A stretch of DNA of 64,000 bases from a virus (IMGVR_UViG_2936413993_000002:11053-75052), one strand, 5' to 3'; counted from the stretch's first letter, positions 30,252 to 41,995 are shown. Notes: generated by a model not told the origin, from the letters alone. Made by a program: numbers and translations.

Positions 30252-31784
30252 CTAAGTAGGGGAGTTGTTCCCATCTATAGTTTTAGATTGAATAGTATTT
30301 TCATTTGTCGGATCTTCAACAACAGTTCTACCGCTATCATTATCACCGTTCATCGTATAACTAGATTGATAAGGCTTAATTTTCTTTTGTAGCTCAAGCT
30401 CCTCAGTCTCATACAAGGTTTGTTCAAGATAAGATTCCCATGAAACACCAGCTAAATGATCAACTACATGCTTAATAGACCAACCTTTATCATTAAGTTT
30501 GATCAATACATCTAATTTTTCTTTTTGAGTTAATGGAGTTTCTTTGTCGTATTCCATTCTGTAATTATCCGATTGGGAAGAGGGGAGGATTATATTGAAT
30601 AATTTTTGATATACTTCTTGTTCGATATCTTCAAGTAATACAGCCAGGCGCTTATAAATTGTATCTAAGTTCAATTTAGCAGTAGAGTAGTTACCGCTGT
30701 TCCCATTTAAAATAGCTCCTGAAATTCCGTATCCAGATTGTATATCATTGTTGATATGTTCGAACTTATCGCCATCTAAACCGTCTGTTTTAACATCAGG
30801 GAATTCAAGGGAAGCAAAATCTGGAATAGTAACTACAGTAACTCCATTGGAGTTGTTTTTTTCAAGTGCTGCCTTAACACCACTATGAACTTTTTGTTTT
30901 ACAGCCTTAGGTAATTTTAAGTTTGCATAATCTTGTAGTTTTTCGTTAGTTCCGATATGACCGACAGTTAGAACAGCAACAGCATTAATTATCTTATTGG
31001 CAATTGATCTTTCAACATCTTTTAATTTTTTCTTATGTAAAACATCGCTTAAACCTGGAGTGACCCATGAGGTTCCTAAACCTTGGTTTCTTTTTAAAGT
31101 ACCTGTTCTTAGTACAAATGTTCTATCTTGAGGCAGTTCAAGATATTGTTTATTATTTGTATCAGCTAAATAGGCTTCGTAAAGCTTTTTTGTAACATAA
31201 GGACTTAGATTAGAAAATTGAATGTTTCTTTGGAATTCAGTCATAGTTGAGAACCAACTCATATCTATAACACAAACCCATTCTCCGTTTTTACGAGAAG
31301 CAGGAAAGATGTATTTCAAGTCGTCAAATACATAAGGGTAGGGTTTATTTTTATCGCCTAGCCATATACCAACTAAAGTGCCTGCTGATGTGGTCTGTTT
31401 CATTAAGTCTCTTGTTAATCGTTTGTGTTTCACTTTATGTAGAGTCTTATTAATTGTAGATATATGTTTCTCATTACCTTTTGAAGTATCGAATAACTCT
31501 AATCTATAATTTAGGGTTGGAAGAGATTCTATTAATTCATACATTTGATGTATTTCTGCTGTAGAAATATAAAAGTATTGTGCTAAATCCTCAATTTCTT
31601 TTTGGTAAGTATCAGGATTAGAAAAATAGTTTTTAATTGTCTCCGCTTCAACTTCATTCACAATATCTTTTGAAAATAAGTTACTCACAAATCCATTAAC
31701 ATACGTAGCGATATAATCTTGATAATCATTTACCATGCGTTGATACTCTTCTGACTCCATATCTATTTTTACTGTTTCAACCAT
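30252..31784 (-). CDS. Portal protein (YonE-like)
   Basis: 510 aa between terminase and protease; helical. Confidence 0.75.
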   Translation of the reverse strand: MVETVKIDMESEEYQRMVNDYQDYIATYVNGFVSNLFSKDIVNEVEAETIKNYFSNPDTYQKEIEDLAQYFYISTAEIHQMYELIESLPTLNYRLELFDTSKGNEKHISTINKTLHKVKHKRLTRDLMKQTTSAGTLVGIWLGDKNKPYPYVFDDLKYIFPASRKNGEWVCVIDMSWFSTMTEFQRNIQFSNLSPYVTKKLYEAYLADTNNKQYLELPQDRTFVLRTGTLKRNQGLGTSWVTPGLSDVLHKKKLKDVERSIANKIINAVAVLTVGHIGTNEKLQDYANLKLPKAVKQKVHSGVKAALEKNNSNGVTVVTIPDFASLEFPDVKTDGLDGDKFEHINNDIQSGYGISGAILNGNSGNYSTAKLNLDTIYKRLAVLLEDIEQEVYQKLFNIILPSSQSDNYRMEYDKETPLTQKEKLDVLIKLNDKGWSIKHVVDHLAGVSWESYLEQTLYETEELELQKKIKPYQSSYTMNGDNDSGRTVVEDPTNENTIQSKTIDGNNSPT

Positions 31785-31815
31785 TCATACACCTCCAATT
31801 CGTAATTTAATTTTT

Positions 31816-33591
31816 TTAATAGTAAACTAGATCATCATCAATATCAATTTCTTCATTCTTGTTTAATTTTCTTTCTAATAGAGTGGCAACATAATTACCG
31901 TATGAAACAGAAGAATACCTATCTTTACGTTTTGAATTAGGTTCTTTTAATTTAACTTGACCATTCGAGTCATTAAATTCAGCTTCTAAGTTAATCATTT
32001 CGTTTATAAGTAGAGTTATTTGAGAGTACGAAGATACAAATTTAGCTTTCATTTCCTCTGGTAAATTCTCAAAACCTCTTAATTTCTTTAAGTATTCTTT
32101 ACCTTCCATTTCATTGACTGGCATTCTAATTTTCCCACGCTTTAAACTATCTCTCATAACAAATGCTATCTCAGAGTTCAACGATGCGTTACCTTTAATA
32201 CTATAGATAACTTTTTCAGCATTAGAGTACGTACATCTTTCCGCCATATCATCATTATTAATACAATTCAAAGGTTCGTATTCTTTATTTCTATCTTTAT
32301 CGTAGAGAGGTAAAATCAATTGGTCATACACACTTAAACCAATATTTTGTGTATCTAAGACAATGAAATCACAATCATAGTCATCGTATAATTGTCTAAT
32401 ACGGATAGCTTGATGTACTGTATTTTCTCCATTCAAGCTTTCCATGTAAACAATTTGTCTTTCATATCCTGATTTAATAGGTATTAATCTAAATACCGTA
32501 TAAACACTCGAGTCATTCTCCTTACCAGCCATACCAGCAATATCACAAGTTACTAATCTTATTTCGTTTGATTTTTTATTATCATATTTAAATGACGTAT
32601 CTTTAATTAAATCATAGTATTCTCTAGGATAAAGAGGAGAGGCTAATTTTCTGTTTTTCTCTAAATCTTCAAATTTAAAAAATGCTTTTTCAGATTCACC
32701 AAACCATAATGCTTCCATTTCCATGCTCCAGCCCACTGAGTCAAAATCATCTTCAGACATCTCATCTCGAACTTGTTCTTCATCAAGAAGTCCTTCTTTG
32801 ATTGCAAGCTGATAAGGGAGACCACAAACGAAATATTTCGCTCCGTTTGTCATAGCTTTATAGTATGTTAAGAACCTGTTATAAGACCAATGCACCTTGT
32901 ACCAACATGAACTCAAATATATTTCCTTATTACGTTCTTTTAAATGGGCGTATTCTTCTTTTTCTAAATACTTAGGAGAACGTGGAGCAGTTAAAAACTT
33001 TCTAAGAACTTTACTAATAATTGTTAAATCAACCATTCTAAATTCATCTACTATTAGTAAATTTGCTCTTTTACTTCTTGCTCCATCATTAGATGCAACG
33101 ATCTTAATCCAACTTCCATTATGAAACTCAACTCGAGCATCATTAGTAGAAGTTCTCAAATCGCTTATTTCTCTAGCCAGGTTAGGAGAAGTCTTCCTAA
33201 GATCGTCTATTTTTTCAATGACTTCTCTCGCTTGTCCTTTGGTTCCAGATGCTATGACAATTTTTGTTTGAGGGAAGAGTATTGCTCGTACACAACAAAA
33301 TATTGAAGTTAAAAACGTTTTTCCTTGCCCACGACTAGCTAGATACATAAAGTAATGGTTATGCATCATCATATAAATCAATATACATTGAAACATTTTT
33401 AACGTAATACCAAGATACTCTTTAACAAATCGATGAGGATTACTTCTATAAAAAGAAGCCCATATCCCTATGCCATCCATTAAGCGTTCTGATTTTGTTT
33501 TCTTTGTATTAAAATTTCTATCTTTTTGAAAGACGTTGATACCTTTAGAAGATTTATTACGGTTAACTTGGAAATTATTATAACTCGCCAT
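31816..33591 (-). CDS. terL: Terminase large subunit (YonF-like)
   Basis: Walker A ASRGQGKT, Walker B LIVDEFR, nuclease CDIA and RKDRYSS. Confidence 0.92.
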   Translation of the reverse strand: MASYNNFQVNRNKSSKGINVFQKDRNFNTKKTKSERLMDGIGIWASFYRSNPHRFVKEYLGITLKMFQCILIYMMMHNHYFMYLASRGQGKTFLTSIFCCVRAILFPQTKIVIASGTKGQAREVIEKIDDLRKTSPNLAREISDLRTSTNDARVEFHNGSWIKIVASNDGARSKRANLLIVDEFRMVDLTIISKVLRKFLTAPRSPKYLEKEEYAHLKERNKEIYLSSCWYKVHWSYNRFLTYYKAMTNGAKYFVCGLPYQLAIKEGLLDEEQVRDEMSEDDFDSVGWSMEMEALWFGESEKAFFKFEDLEKNRKLASPLYPREYYDLIKDTSFKYDNKKSNEIRLVTCDIAGMAGKENDSSVYTVFRLIPIKSGYERQIVYMESLNGENTVHQAIRIRQLYDDYDCDFIVLDTQNIGLSVYDQLILPLYDKDRNKEYEPLNCINNDDMAERCTYSNAEKVIYSIKGNASLNSEIAFVMRDSLKRGKIRMPVNEMEGKEYLKKLRGFENLPEEMKAKFVSSYSQITLLINEMINLEAEFNDSNGQVKLKEPNSKRKDRYSSVSYGNYVATLLERKLNKNEEIDIDDDLVYY

Positions 33592-34501
33592 TATCTAATT
33601 CCTCATCATCCATAACAGGCTCTTCAACGGTTAATTTATCAATCTCTTCCCAATATTCTTCCTCATACTCATTTTTTAACCCTAGCATTCTAGTTAAATG
33701 CCCTAAAAAGAATACTCTAATATACTTACTAACCTTATCAACATCTTTCCATTTCTCGTCGGGCTCTGGAATAGGTTTCTCATTTTCGTACTTCTTGATT
33801 AAAGTGCCAAATGTCTCTTGTTCAACTGCATTTGCTCCTGTTTCTTGGACTGGCTTCAAATTACTTGATCCCAATAAATCTTGAAGCGTTTTTAATTGCT
33901 GATCAACTTTTTCACCGTTAGCTCTCCTATTTTTAATATCTAATTGTTGGAGGCATATTTCTTTAATAAGAAGTTCCATCCCTTTTGAATCACATTCATA
34001 TCTATTCAAAAAGTCTTCGTACTCTTGTTGCAGCCATATGTATGATTCAACTTCAAACCCTTTTCCCCAAAAGTTAACTAGAAACCTTAATTCATCTTTA
34101 TCTAGAGTAACAATTTCTTCTTCGATTTCTGAAAGTATATTTTCATTGTCTATAACTTCTTGTGCAGTTACCTTTTTATGTCCTTCAAATTCACTATCAT
34201 TCCAATTGAAGGATTTATACTGACCCATTGATACGTTTTTCATATATAGAGACCAAACAGCTTTATTAGTTTTATTAGATTCTTCTAATGAGGAAAGAAA
34301 TAGTTGGTCAATAAATGGTTTATCAATCATCCTCAAAGTATTAATTAATGATTTTTTATCATTAATATTTTTTAATAAGCACACTTTACAAACATGCAAT
34401 CGTCCTGTTCCTTGATGGAAAGGAGAGTGAGAAATATAATAATCTCCAACTTTTTTTTCTTTAGTGCAACATGAGCAAACAATTTTTAATATTTCACTCA
34501 T
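33578..34501 (-). CDS. Zn-binding protein upstream of TerL, probable terminase small subunit (YonG-like)
   Basis: CSCC...VCKVC; overlaps the terL start. Confidence 0.55.
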   Translation of the reverse strand: MSEILKIVCSCCTKEKKVGDYYISHSPFHQGTGRLHVCKVCLLKNINDKKSLINTLRMIDKPFIDQLFLSSLEESNKTNKAVWSLYMKNVSMGQYKSFNWNDSEFEGHKKVTAQEVIDNENILSEIEEEIVTLDKDELRFLVNFWGKGFEVESYIWLQQEYEDFLNRYECDSKGMELLIKEICLQQLDIKNRRANGEKVDQQLKTLQDLLGSSNLKPVQETGANAVEQETFGTLIKKYENEKPIPEPDEKWKDVDKVSKYIRVFFLGHLTRMLGLKNEYEEEYWEEIDKLTVEEPVMDDEELDNGEL

Positions 34502-34717
34502 AGAAACTCAACTCCTTTCTAAAGTAATTCTGTTAATCCATTTCAAGAGAGCACTTGATGAGCAGTAAAAGGAGAGGGGAGGTGGAAGCGAACACCAAAA
34601 AAAATACTCACCAAATGTTCTCTGGGAATGGATTAAATTAAAAAGCCGAGAAGAAATTAATCTCCTCGACCTTGGGAATAAAGTATGTATAAGTCAAAAT
34701 AAAACCTTGATTTTAAG

Positions 34718-34975
34718 CTAATCGTCTAAATCTTCTAAAAAGTCATTTTCAAACTGACAAACTTCTTCTAAATTAGATAGTGTTTGTCTAGCTGAAGTAA
34801 TTAAGTATTGTTTTAATGACCAAAAAGAAACTTCTTCTGCAAATAATTCTAAGAACTCTTTCACTGAAACTCCTTTATTAAGGTTATAACTAATCATTTC
34901 AGTAAAATCTTCAACAATATCTTCTAATGTCTCAGAATTATCTGGTATTAATACTAAATTTGGATAATCTTCCAT
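34718..34975 (-). CDS. Acidic hypothetical protein
   Basis: Likely ATG at 34975 (MEDYPN...) after SD GGAGGT; ORF track start 35023. Confidence 0.6.
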   Translation of the reverse strand: MEDYPNLVLIPDNSETLEDIVEDFTEMISYNLNKGVSVKEFLELFAEEVSFWSLKQYLITSARQTLSNLEEVCQFENDFLEDLDD

Positions 34976-35048
34976 GTCATTACCTCCACGAATATAATAG
35001 GGAGGAAGCGGATGTGTAAACATCGTACCTTATGTAATTTATTTTTAA

Positions 35049-36287
35049 TTAAATATAATATATAGCATCAAGATTAGTAGGGGAATACTCAAATAATTGA
35101 AACCTTTTGTGAGCCCCTATGAATCCATTGGAGTCATGCCAATCATCGGTCTTACCTTTAGTACTCAATGTTCTAACTAGCACTCCAAACTTATCCTTAG
35201 CAGCTTCTGTATGCAGATGTCCACTGTGAATTTCAACGACATCTGCTACTGCCATTTGTTTACCGAAATCAGATAAGAAGTTTTCATGAAGTCTGTTAGC
35301 ACCTTTATGCCCATGTGTATAGCCAACAAAGATACCATTCCATTGAAATGATTTTCTAACTTTCTTGGAAGTATCAAATTCAACATCAGGGAATTTAACT
35401 TCTAAACATTTTACAAAAGCCCAACTCATTGAATCATCATGATTAGCAATAGAGTAACTACATTCAACTGTTCGTGAGTTATCTTGTGCTAGATTAATTA
35501 ACTCACAATAGAATTTAAATGCATCCTCCCAAGCTTTATCCATATCCACTTGTTCAATAGGAGTACCACTTGATGTTTTACCGTCAAATCCATTATTGTG
35601 CAGGAGATCTTGCCCAATTATAAAGAAAATCTTATCCCATTTCTTACTTGCAATCTTTGAGATAATACTTTCCTTCACAACTAAATAGTCGTCATATGTA
35701 TTTACACCAAAGTGCATATCGAATAAAGGAATTTCTAATAATCCTGTACCATCAGAAGTTTTCTCTTTAATATGTACAGGTATAATTTCCTTTTTAGCCT
35801 TTTCAAGAAATTTCTCATAATCAAATCCATTAACTCTCGGTTTAACAGTTATTTTACTAGAATATAAAGTTTGAACACCATCTTGCTTACTATGCACATT
35901 CCAAATATTATTCTTAGCATTGACTAATTCCCATGATTTCGTATCAAATCCGTGAGCAGAGAGGAGATAATCAACATCTTTAGATTGTTCAGAAGTCATT
36001 CTTAGCAGTTTATCAGATTTATGAGAACCATTAGCCATAATTTCAGTAGTTTCTTTATAAGGAATTTCTTCATCAGAGGATAGCTGTTCAATTTCTCTAG
36101 CTTCCAACTCCAACTTCCACCCAGAAGCATACTTTCGAAGTGATTCAGCACTGTGTTGGAAGTTAAACATTTCCTTAACATCTAGCCAATCCATATTATG
36201 TAACTTGTTTAGCTTATCAATTGCTACACGTTTCAAATGATCGAAGTCTGTTTCACCTTGTAATCTATCAAAATTATATTCTGTCAT
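35049..36287 (-). CDS. Calcineurin-like metallophosphoesterase (YonJ-like)
   Basis: DMHFG, GQDLLH, ANHD, HGH, GHLH motifs. Confidence 0.85.
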   Translation of the reverse strand: MTEYNFDRLQGETDFDHLKRVAIDKLNKLHNMDWLDVKEMFNFQHSAESLRKYASGWKLELEAREIEQLSSDEEIPYKETTEIMANGSHKSDKLLRMTSEQSKDVDYLLSAHGFDTKSWELVNAKNNIWNVHSKQDGVQTLYSSKITVKPRVNGFDYEKFLEKAKKEIIPVHIKEKTSDGTGLLEIPLFDMHFGVNTYDDYLVVKESIISKIASKKWDKIFFIIGQDLLHNNGFDGKTSSGTPIEQVDMDKAWEDAFKFYCELINLAQDNSRTVECSYSIANHDDSMSWAFVKCLEVKFPDVEFDTSKKVRKSFQWNGIFVGYTHGHKGANRLHENFLSDFGKQMAVADVVEIHSGHLHTEAAKDKFGVLVRTLSTKGKTDDWHDSNGFIGAHKRFQLFEYSPTNLDAIYYI

Positions 36288-36290
36288 CTA

Positions 36291-36497
36291 TTAGACCTCC
36301 TCAACAACAGGGGCTTCATCTTCATATGAAACAGTAATAGAAACTTTTCTGCCATCAAATTGCTTCAGCATTTCCTTTAAATCATAGGTGAATTCTCCAC
36401 CATCTTTTTCATCAATATTAACTACAGTAAAATCTTCAAAATTTAGAATACCAACTCTATTACTTGTCTTAGTGTCTAGATTTTTCTTTTTTGCCAT
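36291..36497 (-). CDS. yonK: YonK-family protein
   Basis: GILNFEDFTV...YDLKEMLKQFDGRKVSITV; directly upstream of the phosphoesterase as in SPbeta. Confidence 0.7.
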   Translation of the reverse strand: MAKKKNLDTKTSNRVGILNFEDFTVVNIDEKDGGEFTYDLKEMLKQFDGRKVSITVSYEDEAPVVEEV

Positions 36498-36535
36498 TTG
36501 TAATTCTCCTCCTTTTATATCCTTAAAACAAAATA

Positions 36536-36565
36536 AAGAGAGCCTTCGTCAATCGAGGGCTCTCA
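36536..36565 (-). terminator. Hairpin terminator after phoH
   Basis: GAGAGCCTTCG...CGAGGGCTCTC. Confidence 0.55.
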
Positions 36566-36647
36566 TATTTAAATGATTAATGTTCTAATACTTTTATTAG
36601 TCACTGTTGTATTTAGGTGCTATTGTGCAGCGTAACTGTTAACTTGT

Positions 36648-37358
36648 TTATAATTTATTTACTGTATCTAAAACTTGATCAGCAAGTAAACTGAACGCTC
36701 CACGATAATTAGTTTCCAATTTATGATATGTAACATTGAATCCTTCAAAATGTTTCATATAAACTTCAAATGGTGTTAAACCACCGTATCTTTTAAGTTT
36801 TGTGTTATCAACCTGAAGTGTGGAACCAATCACTACTACCTTACAGGTAGAATCTACTCTTGTTAAAAGCGTTTGTAGTTCATGTAAATCAAAATTTTGA
36901 CTCTCGTCAATTACTACATATGCATTCTTAAATGTTACACCTCTGCTGTAAGAACTAGACATGGCATAAACTTTCGGAATTCCTTCTTCGCCATTAGACC
37001 ACTTTTCAAAAAGGGAAGGGTGGACATAATCCATCGCATCAATTAATGGTTGCATATAAGGCGATTCTTTAGCTTCTGTTGTTCCAGGTAAGAATCCTTG
37101 ATCACGAACTGCAACAGTATTTCTTATGTAAATTAACTTATCATATGTTCCTATTTCAACTTCATAAATACCAGCTAAGACAGCTAATGTTGTTTTTCCT
37201 GTGCCTGCCGGACTATTACAAAAACATCCATGAACAATATCAACGGGACTCCATAAACTTTGCATATAAGCATATTGATGTTTATCAGATAGAACGTTAA
37301 AACCTTTTTCAGCTAACCATTTCCAACGAATGTCACCATATTTGTTTCCCATTGACAA
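36648..37358 (-). CDS. phoH: PhoH-family ATPase
   Basis: SPAGTGKT, GFLPGT, RGVTF, IDESQN, LTRV, GSTLQVD motifs. Confidence 0.9.
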   Translation of the reverse strand: MSMGNKYGDIRWKWLAEKGFNVLSDKHQYAYMQSLWSPVDIVHGCFCNSPAGTGKTTLAVLAGIYEVEIGTYDKLIYIRNTVAVRDQGFLPGTTEAKESPYMQPLIDAMDYVHPSLFEKWSNGEEGIPKVYAMSSSYSRGVTFKNAYVVIDESQNFDLHELQTLLTRVDSTCKVVVIGSTLQVDNTKLKRYGGLTPFEVYMKHFEGFNVTYHKLETNYRGAFSLLADQVLDTVNKL

Positions 37359-37520
37359 AACCCCTTATTTAATATTTTTATTACTTTCTTGCAGAGTAGG
37401 AGGGAGGTGAGGGGATGATAAATACCTACTCTTAATGTAATTTATTTTTATTTAATGAATGGTGCAAATACACAAGTTAAAAGAAAAATTTTATTATGTA
37501 TCCATACTGATAAATAAGCT

Positions 37521-38357
37521 CTAATTGCTAACATTTCCTCTTTTATTTCTCATTAAAATTTTTTGATAATTTCTTCTATGCTCCTTATAGCATTTGTCAC
37601 AATATTTCTGCCTGTTGCTTTTTGGTAAGATTTGTTCATTACAACCTAAACAAAATACTTTTTTATTTCTATTAATATCCTTTACATAATTCTGCATGTA
37701 TCCAGTTAAACTCTTACAAAAATACTTAACAGCAAAATTATCATCGCTCCAACCATTAACATTAACCTTCATTTCCCATCCATGTTCTTTTTCGTATTCA
37801 TGTGGGGGAGTGTAGTTATTAAATAATCTTTCAATATATGTGTTAATTAACTTTTTATATTCTTTCCATGTTAATTCAATTTTCTTTTCCTGATCAATCT
37901 TTTTTATTGTAGGAGCTTTATCTAATGCATAATCAATTTTATGTCTTACCTCATTGTAATTAACTTCTTCTTTATTCTTTAATTTATTTACAACTATGTA
38001 ATATAAGTTTCTAGGAGTCATAACCATTTCATAATATTGCTTTGATAAGTACACATTTTTATCAGTCAGGTATCCAAACATGTTATTAATGTGTACTCTT
38101 ATGTAATCCGCAGCAGTTAGTTTCTTTTTATAAAAACTTTTACAAAAATCCAACTCGATTATTCTATGTTTATTGAATAATTCGATTAAATCTTGCCTGT
38201 CATCTAATAGCTCATCATTAACATCATATGTATAAATCTTTTTATACGTACTATACCGACATTTACTTTTCCAAATTAAATCAATAAACTCATCAAGTAA
38301 TTCTTTTTTTAATGTTTCATCGGCTTCTTGATAGTCTTCTAAAATATCACTTAGCAA
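37521..38357 (-). CDS. Hypothetical protein with C-terminal Zn finger, directly downstream of the RNA polymerase gene
   Basis: 278 aa; CLGC...NRQKYCDKC; 4 nt gap from yonO. Confidence 0.65.
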   Translation of the reverse strand: MLSDILEDYQEADETLKKELLDEFIDLIWKSKCRYSTYKKIYTYDVNDELLDDRQDLIELFNKHRIIELDFCKSFYKKKLTAADYIRVHINNMFGYLTDKNVYLSKQYYEMVMTPRNLYYIVVNKLKNKEEVNYNEVRHKIDYALDKAPTIKKIDQEKKIELTWKEYKKLINTYIERLFNNYTPPHEYEKEHGWEMKVNVNGWSDDNFAVKYFCKSLTGYMQNYVKDINRNKKVFCLGCNEQILPKSNRQKYCDKCYKEHRRNYQKILMRNKRGNVSN

Positions 38358-38361
38358 TATA

Positions 38362-40944
38362 TCACTCTCCTAAAACTTTCATAAATTTATAGTGTCTTCC
38401 TAGAAATTCATGAGAATTGACATCTTGCTTTGAAGTTTCTACAATTTTTAATTCTTTTCGCTCATCTGAATTATGTTTAAGATTAGATAACATAACATCA
38501 CTAAACAATAGCCAACATAATGTTTTATCAGTGCTCATGGATCGGTATGCCGTTTTAACACAATAATTAGCTAACAGATAGTCATCACCTATGATTTTAT
38601 GTAATTTATTTTTATATAAATCGGCTATTGGTTTCATATCAATTTCTTCTTCAGTATCAAGTATTTCACGAAACTTCTCATCAAACTCAATTATAATTTT
38701 TCTTATTTTTTTCATTACCTTTTTGTCTTCTAGTTGTAATGAGTTATCTACTAAAAGATGACCATTATTAATTAAACTTCTATCCCAGTCAATCTTTCTT
38801 TTTTCCCATTGCTCAATGTATTCACATAACTCATTGAGTGGGGAGGGGGACTTAAATGCATTATATTCAACTCTTTCTATATAATTGTTCGACTTGTTGA
38901 TTGCTTTTAAACGATTGTAAACATCTAATTTTTTAGGATAGTTATGTAATAAAAAATATGGCAGTTTCTTTAAGTACTTTCTTAAATTCTTAGTTATTAT
39001 CCATCTAAATCCTGTTTTTAGAAAATCAATTTCTTTTCCCTGGTATAAACGTAACAAGGAAACATTATCAGCATTTACTTTTTTCCATTTTTCATTCTCG
39101 GTATAGTGATTAAGAATAGATGTAGCAATATTAGTAATCTCTCCAATTCTACTATCACGACTGTTACATTCATATTTCACAATCTCATCCATACAGTATT
39201 CTACTGGCTCAGTAGTTACTTTATCATCCATATCAACAACAATAGGAGTATTAATTTTGGAATTTATTAAAATAGGTTCTACGCTGAGAAAAACACTATC
39301 ACCATCCATATCCATTCCACCTTGTTGTTGCTGAGTTAAATCGTACATGTTTATCATGCAAATATCATGATTTTTCAAGTGTTGCAGATATTCATCAGTA
39401 AAATCATTTGTTGTTAATTTAATTTTATTAACTTCTGATGGATCGACCAAAGGACTTCTGAAAGAGACGGCATCTCCAATAGGGAAGGAATGTGTGAAAA
39501 ATTCACTTTCATGTAAACAACCTGTAATATTCAATCCCGCAGCATATTCTAAATAGCCTTTTATATCACCGACAACAGTATGATAAAAACCTTTAGCAAA
39601 AATCTTACCGTATTTCATTTGAGTAATTGTTTTGTCTAATTTACGTTTAAGCATTTTTTTAATACTTGGGTCTTTTAACATTGAGTCATTAGTTAAGATT
39701 GCTTGAATATATTTACTTTCTAAATCACTTTCAAGCGTATTGTTTATACCCAAAAACTTTAAGGAATATAATTTATCACCTTTGATTATTTTCTCCAGTA
39801 AATCAGTAGAGTAAGTAGCTAAATCAACTATCTTACCATTGTTATCTTTATCTAAAATGTCATATTTATCATGGTTCTTATATTGATCTATGTATTTTGT
39901 GTTCCACAAATCTAAACATTGAAGATACTGAAAGTTGAGCTTGGAGTATAAATTAATCTCATCTAAATGATGACTGTACTTACTAATACCTATTTTATAT
40001 CCATATTTATTAACTCTTTTTAGATACTCATTCCATCCTTCGCTTCCGAATTCTTTTTTGAATATGCCAGCGCCTTTCCACATTGATGTATTCCAAATAC
40101 AATCAATTTTATCAATATCATGCCACTTACCAAATACATCTTTTATCTTTGTAATAGGCGTATCTAAACTAGCGTAGTATTTTTTAAAATCCGTCTCGAT
40201 TGTTACACCTTTCATAAAGGGTAAGCGAATTTGAAATAGAACAGAATCGTGTGTACTAGCAGTATATTTAGAGAATAGTTTACTGATTTCTTTTGTATGT
40301 ACTCCAAAACCATCGAAAGGTAATATTTCTATATCAGTTGTACTTTCCTCAATAAATTTCTGATTTTTTGCAATTACTTTCTTATGAGTTTGCGGATTAG
40401 TATATTCCACATCTTTTTGTACAGCATATCTAACATGCTGATCATGTATCATTTTACTATATTCATCAACTATAACTATGTAAGGTAATTCTTCATCAAC
40501 CATTTGACAAGAGCTTAAAATTAAGTTTCGGTAGCTTTCATATTTGGAAATGACACATTTTTCAACTTTAACTCCTAGTTGACTACGTTCCATCATTTCT
40601 TCATATACGTCATTATCAATGAAAACTGTAACACCGTCTTTTGCTTGAGAAGAACTTTTCCCGTATCTCACAAACAATTTACCATTATAGTAAAAACCTT
40701 CTTTAAGTAGTTTTTCTAACAGAGGTCTGCGTTTTTTATTATGTTTAGCTTCAACGAATACAAGCTCATCGATTCTTTTTGTTTCTTTACCCCTAATCAA
40801 AGATAATTGTCTGAATAGGGGAGTATCCTGCTGTTGTATTATGTATTGTTTTTCATCTTCTTCAGTGATAGAAAAATTATAATCTGATTTGATGATTTGT
40901 TGAATTTTTATCTTTGGTAGTTCGAACATTTTAATTTTGTTCAT
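38362..40944 (-). CDS. yonO: YonO-type single-subunit two-barrel DNA-dependent RNA polymerase
   Basis: 860 aa; FDGFG, FQIRLPFMKG, RSP and catalytic GGMDMDGD (DxDGD); upstream of the late genes as in SPbeta. Confidence 0.9.
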   Translation of the reverse strand: MNKIKMFELPKIKIQQIIKSDYNFSITEEDEKQYIIQQQDTPLFRQLSLIRGKETKRIDELVFVEAKHNKKRRPLLEKLLKEGFYYNGKLFVRYGKSSSQAKDGVTVFIDNDVYEEMMERSQLGVKVEKCVISKYESYRNLILSSCQMVDEELPYIVIVDEYSKMIHDQHVRYAVQKDVEYTNPQTHKKVIAKNQKFIEESTTDIEILPFDGFGVHTKEISKLFSKYTASTHDSVLFQIRLPFMKGVTIETDFKKYYASLDTPITKIKDVFGKWHDIDKIDCIWNTSMWKGAGIFKKEFGSEGWNEYLKRVNKYGYKIGISKYSHHLDEINLYSKLNFQYLQCLDLWNTKYIDQYKNHDKYDILDKDNNGKIVDLATYSTDLLEKIIKGDKLYSLKFLGINNTLESDLESKYIQAILTNDSMLKDPSIKKMLKRKLDKTITQMKYGKIFAKGFYHTVVGDIKGYLEYAAGLNITGCLHESEFFTHSFPIGDAVSFRSPLVDPSEVNKIKLTTNDFTDEYLQHLKNHDICMINMYDLTQQQQGGMDMDGDSVFLSVEPILINSKINTPIVVDMDDKVTTEPVEYCMDEIVKYECNSRDSRIGEITNIATSILNHYTENEKWKKVNADNVSLLRLYQGKEIDFLKTGFRWIITKNLRKYLKKLPYFLLHNYPKKLDVYNRLKAINKSNNYIERVEYNAFKSPSPLNELCEYIEQWEKRKIDWDRSLINNGHLLVDNSLQLEDKKVMKKIRKIIIEFDEKFREILDTEEEIDMKPIADLYKNKLHKIIGDDYLLANYCVKTAYRSMSTDKTLCWLLFSDVMLSNLKHNSDERKELKIVETSKQDVNSHEFLGRHYKFMKVLGE

Positions 40945-40971
40945 TTAATTCCTCCGAATTCTATTTTTTTA

Positions 40972-41598
40972 TTATTTCCAATAAAACCTTCCGTTGTCGT
41001 CAACATCGTTGTAAATGTGATATCCGTTAACTAATTCAAGATTTTCTCTAAATCTAGCATCCTCATCAAAATCATCAAAGGAGTAATCATCTTTTGGAAT
41101 CCAATGATTGTCATCATCAATATAAAATCCACAGGAATCTGCTACGTCATCTATTGTCATATTATCTTCATCATCCATATCTTCTTCGTCATCATAATCA
41201 CTATCAACTTGAAATATGTAATCTTCCCATTCTAGTAAATATTCAAATTTATCAAGTAATGTTTTCGCATTTTCAAGTATATCTTCAATATAGAATGAGT
41301 CATCCTTCTCATAATAATAGTAATTTGAAGTCTCGAAATTATAGTCAGTGTTCGCATAAGTAATTGTGAATTTTAAATCATAAATATTAGACTTTGTATA
41401 CGCACTAAAATCTTTCTCAGGCTTATTAAATTCAATTTTAGTTAATTTAATTGGAGCCAACGTTTCATACATATATTCATCAGGAATCGAATAGCCATAC
41501 GTATCTCCACAGTTCAATATTTTCTTAATGTTATTTTCTATGTAATCAATCTTTCCACATATTAATGTTTCTACTTTTTTTCTCGGATACTTTGTCAT
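40972..41598 (-). CDS. Highly acidic hypothetical protein
   Basis: 208 aa, Asp/Glu-rich C-terminus; SD AAAAGGAG. Confidence 0.65.
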   Translation of the reverse strand: MTKYPRKKVETLICGKIDYIENNIKKILNCGDTYGYSIPDEYMYETLAPIKLTKIEFNKPEKDFSAYTKSNIYDLKFTITYANTDYNFETSNYYYYEKDDSFYIEDILENAKTLLDKFEYLLEWEDYIFQVDSDYDDEEDMDDEDNMTIDDVADSCGFYIDDDNHWIPKDDYSFDDFDEDARFRENLELVNGYHIYNDVDDNGRFYWK

Positions 41599-41719
41599 TT
41601 TAGAACTCCTTTTATAATTTATTTTTATGAAGATATCGATTCTACGCTAAGTTTCTTTGATAGTATTCACGGAAACTTCAACTGATTCTACCAACCAATG
41701 TATTCATACCTAAAACCTA

Positions 41720-41995
41720 TTAATCTTCTTTTTTACCATGTAATTTAGACATTCTTTCACTCATAGCCTGACGTTGTTCTTCACTCATCACACGTTCCTT
41801 CTTCATACTTACTTGTTTTTCATTTAAAAGACCTTTAACTGCAGTAGGGCGACCATCCTCATTATCTAATATTTCAAGATCAGTCAATTCAGCTAATTTC
41901 CTAATATGTTTAGGACATGTACTATAAACACTCCACATACCAGTTCCATTATCGTAAACAAGTGTAGTTTCTTGTTCATCTCTGCTATACATCAT
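41720..41995 (-). CDS. Hypothetical protein
   Basis: EQETTLVYD...WSVYST.PKHIRKL...MSEEQRQ; SD AAAAGGAG. Confidence 0.7.
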   Translation of the reverse strand: MMYSRDEQETTLVYDNGTGMWSVYSTCPKHIRKLAELTDLEILDNEDGRPTAVKGLLNEKQVSMKKERVMSEEQRQAMSERMSKLHGKKED

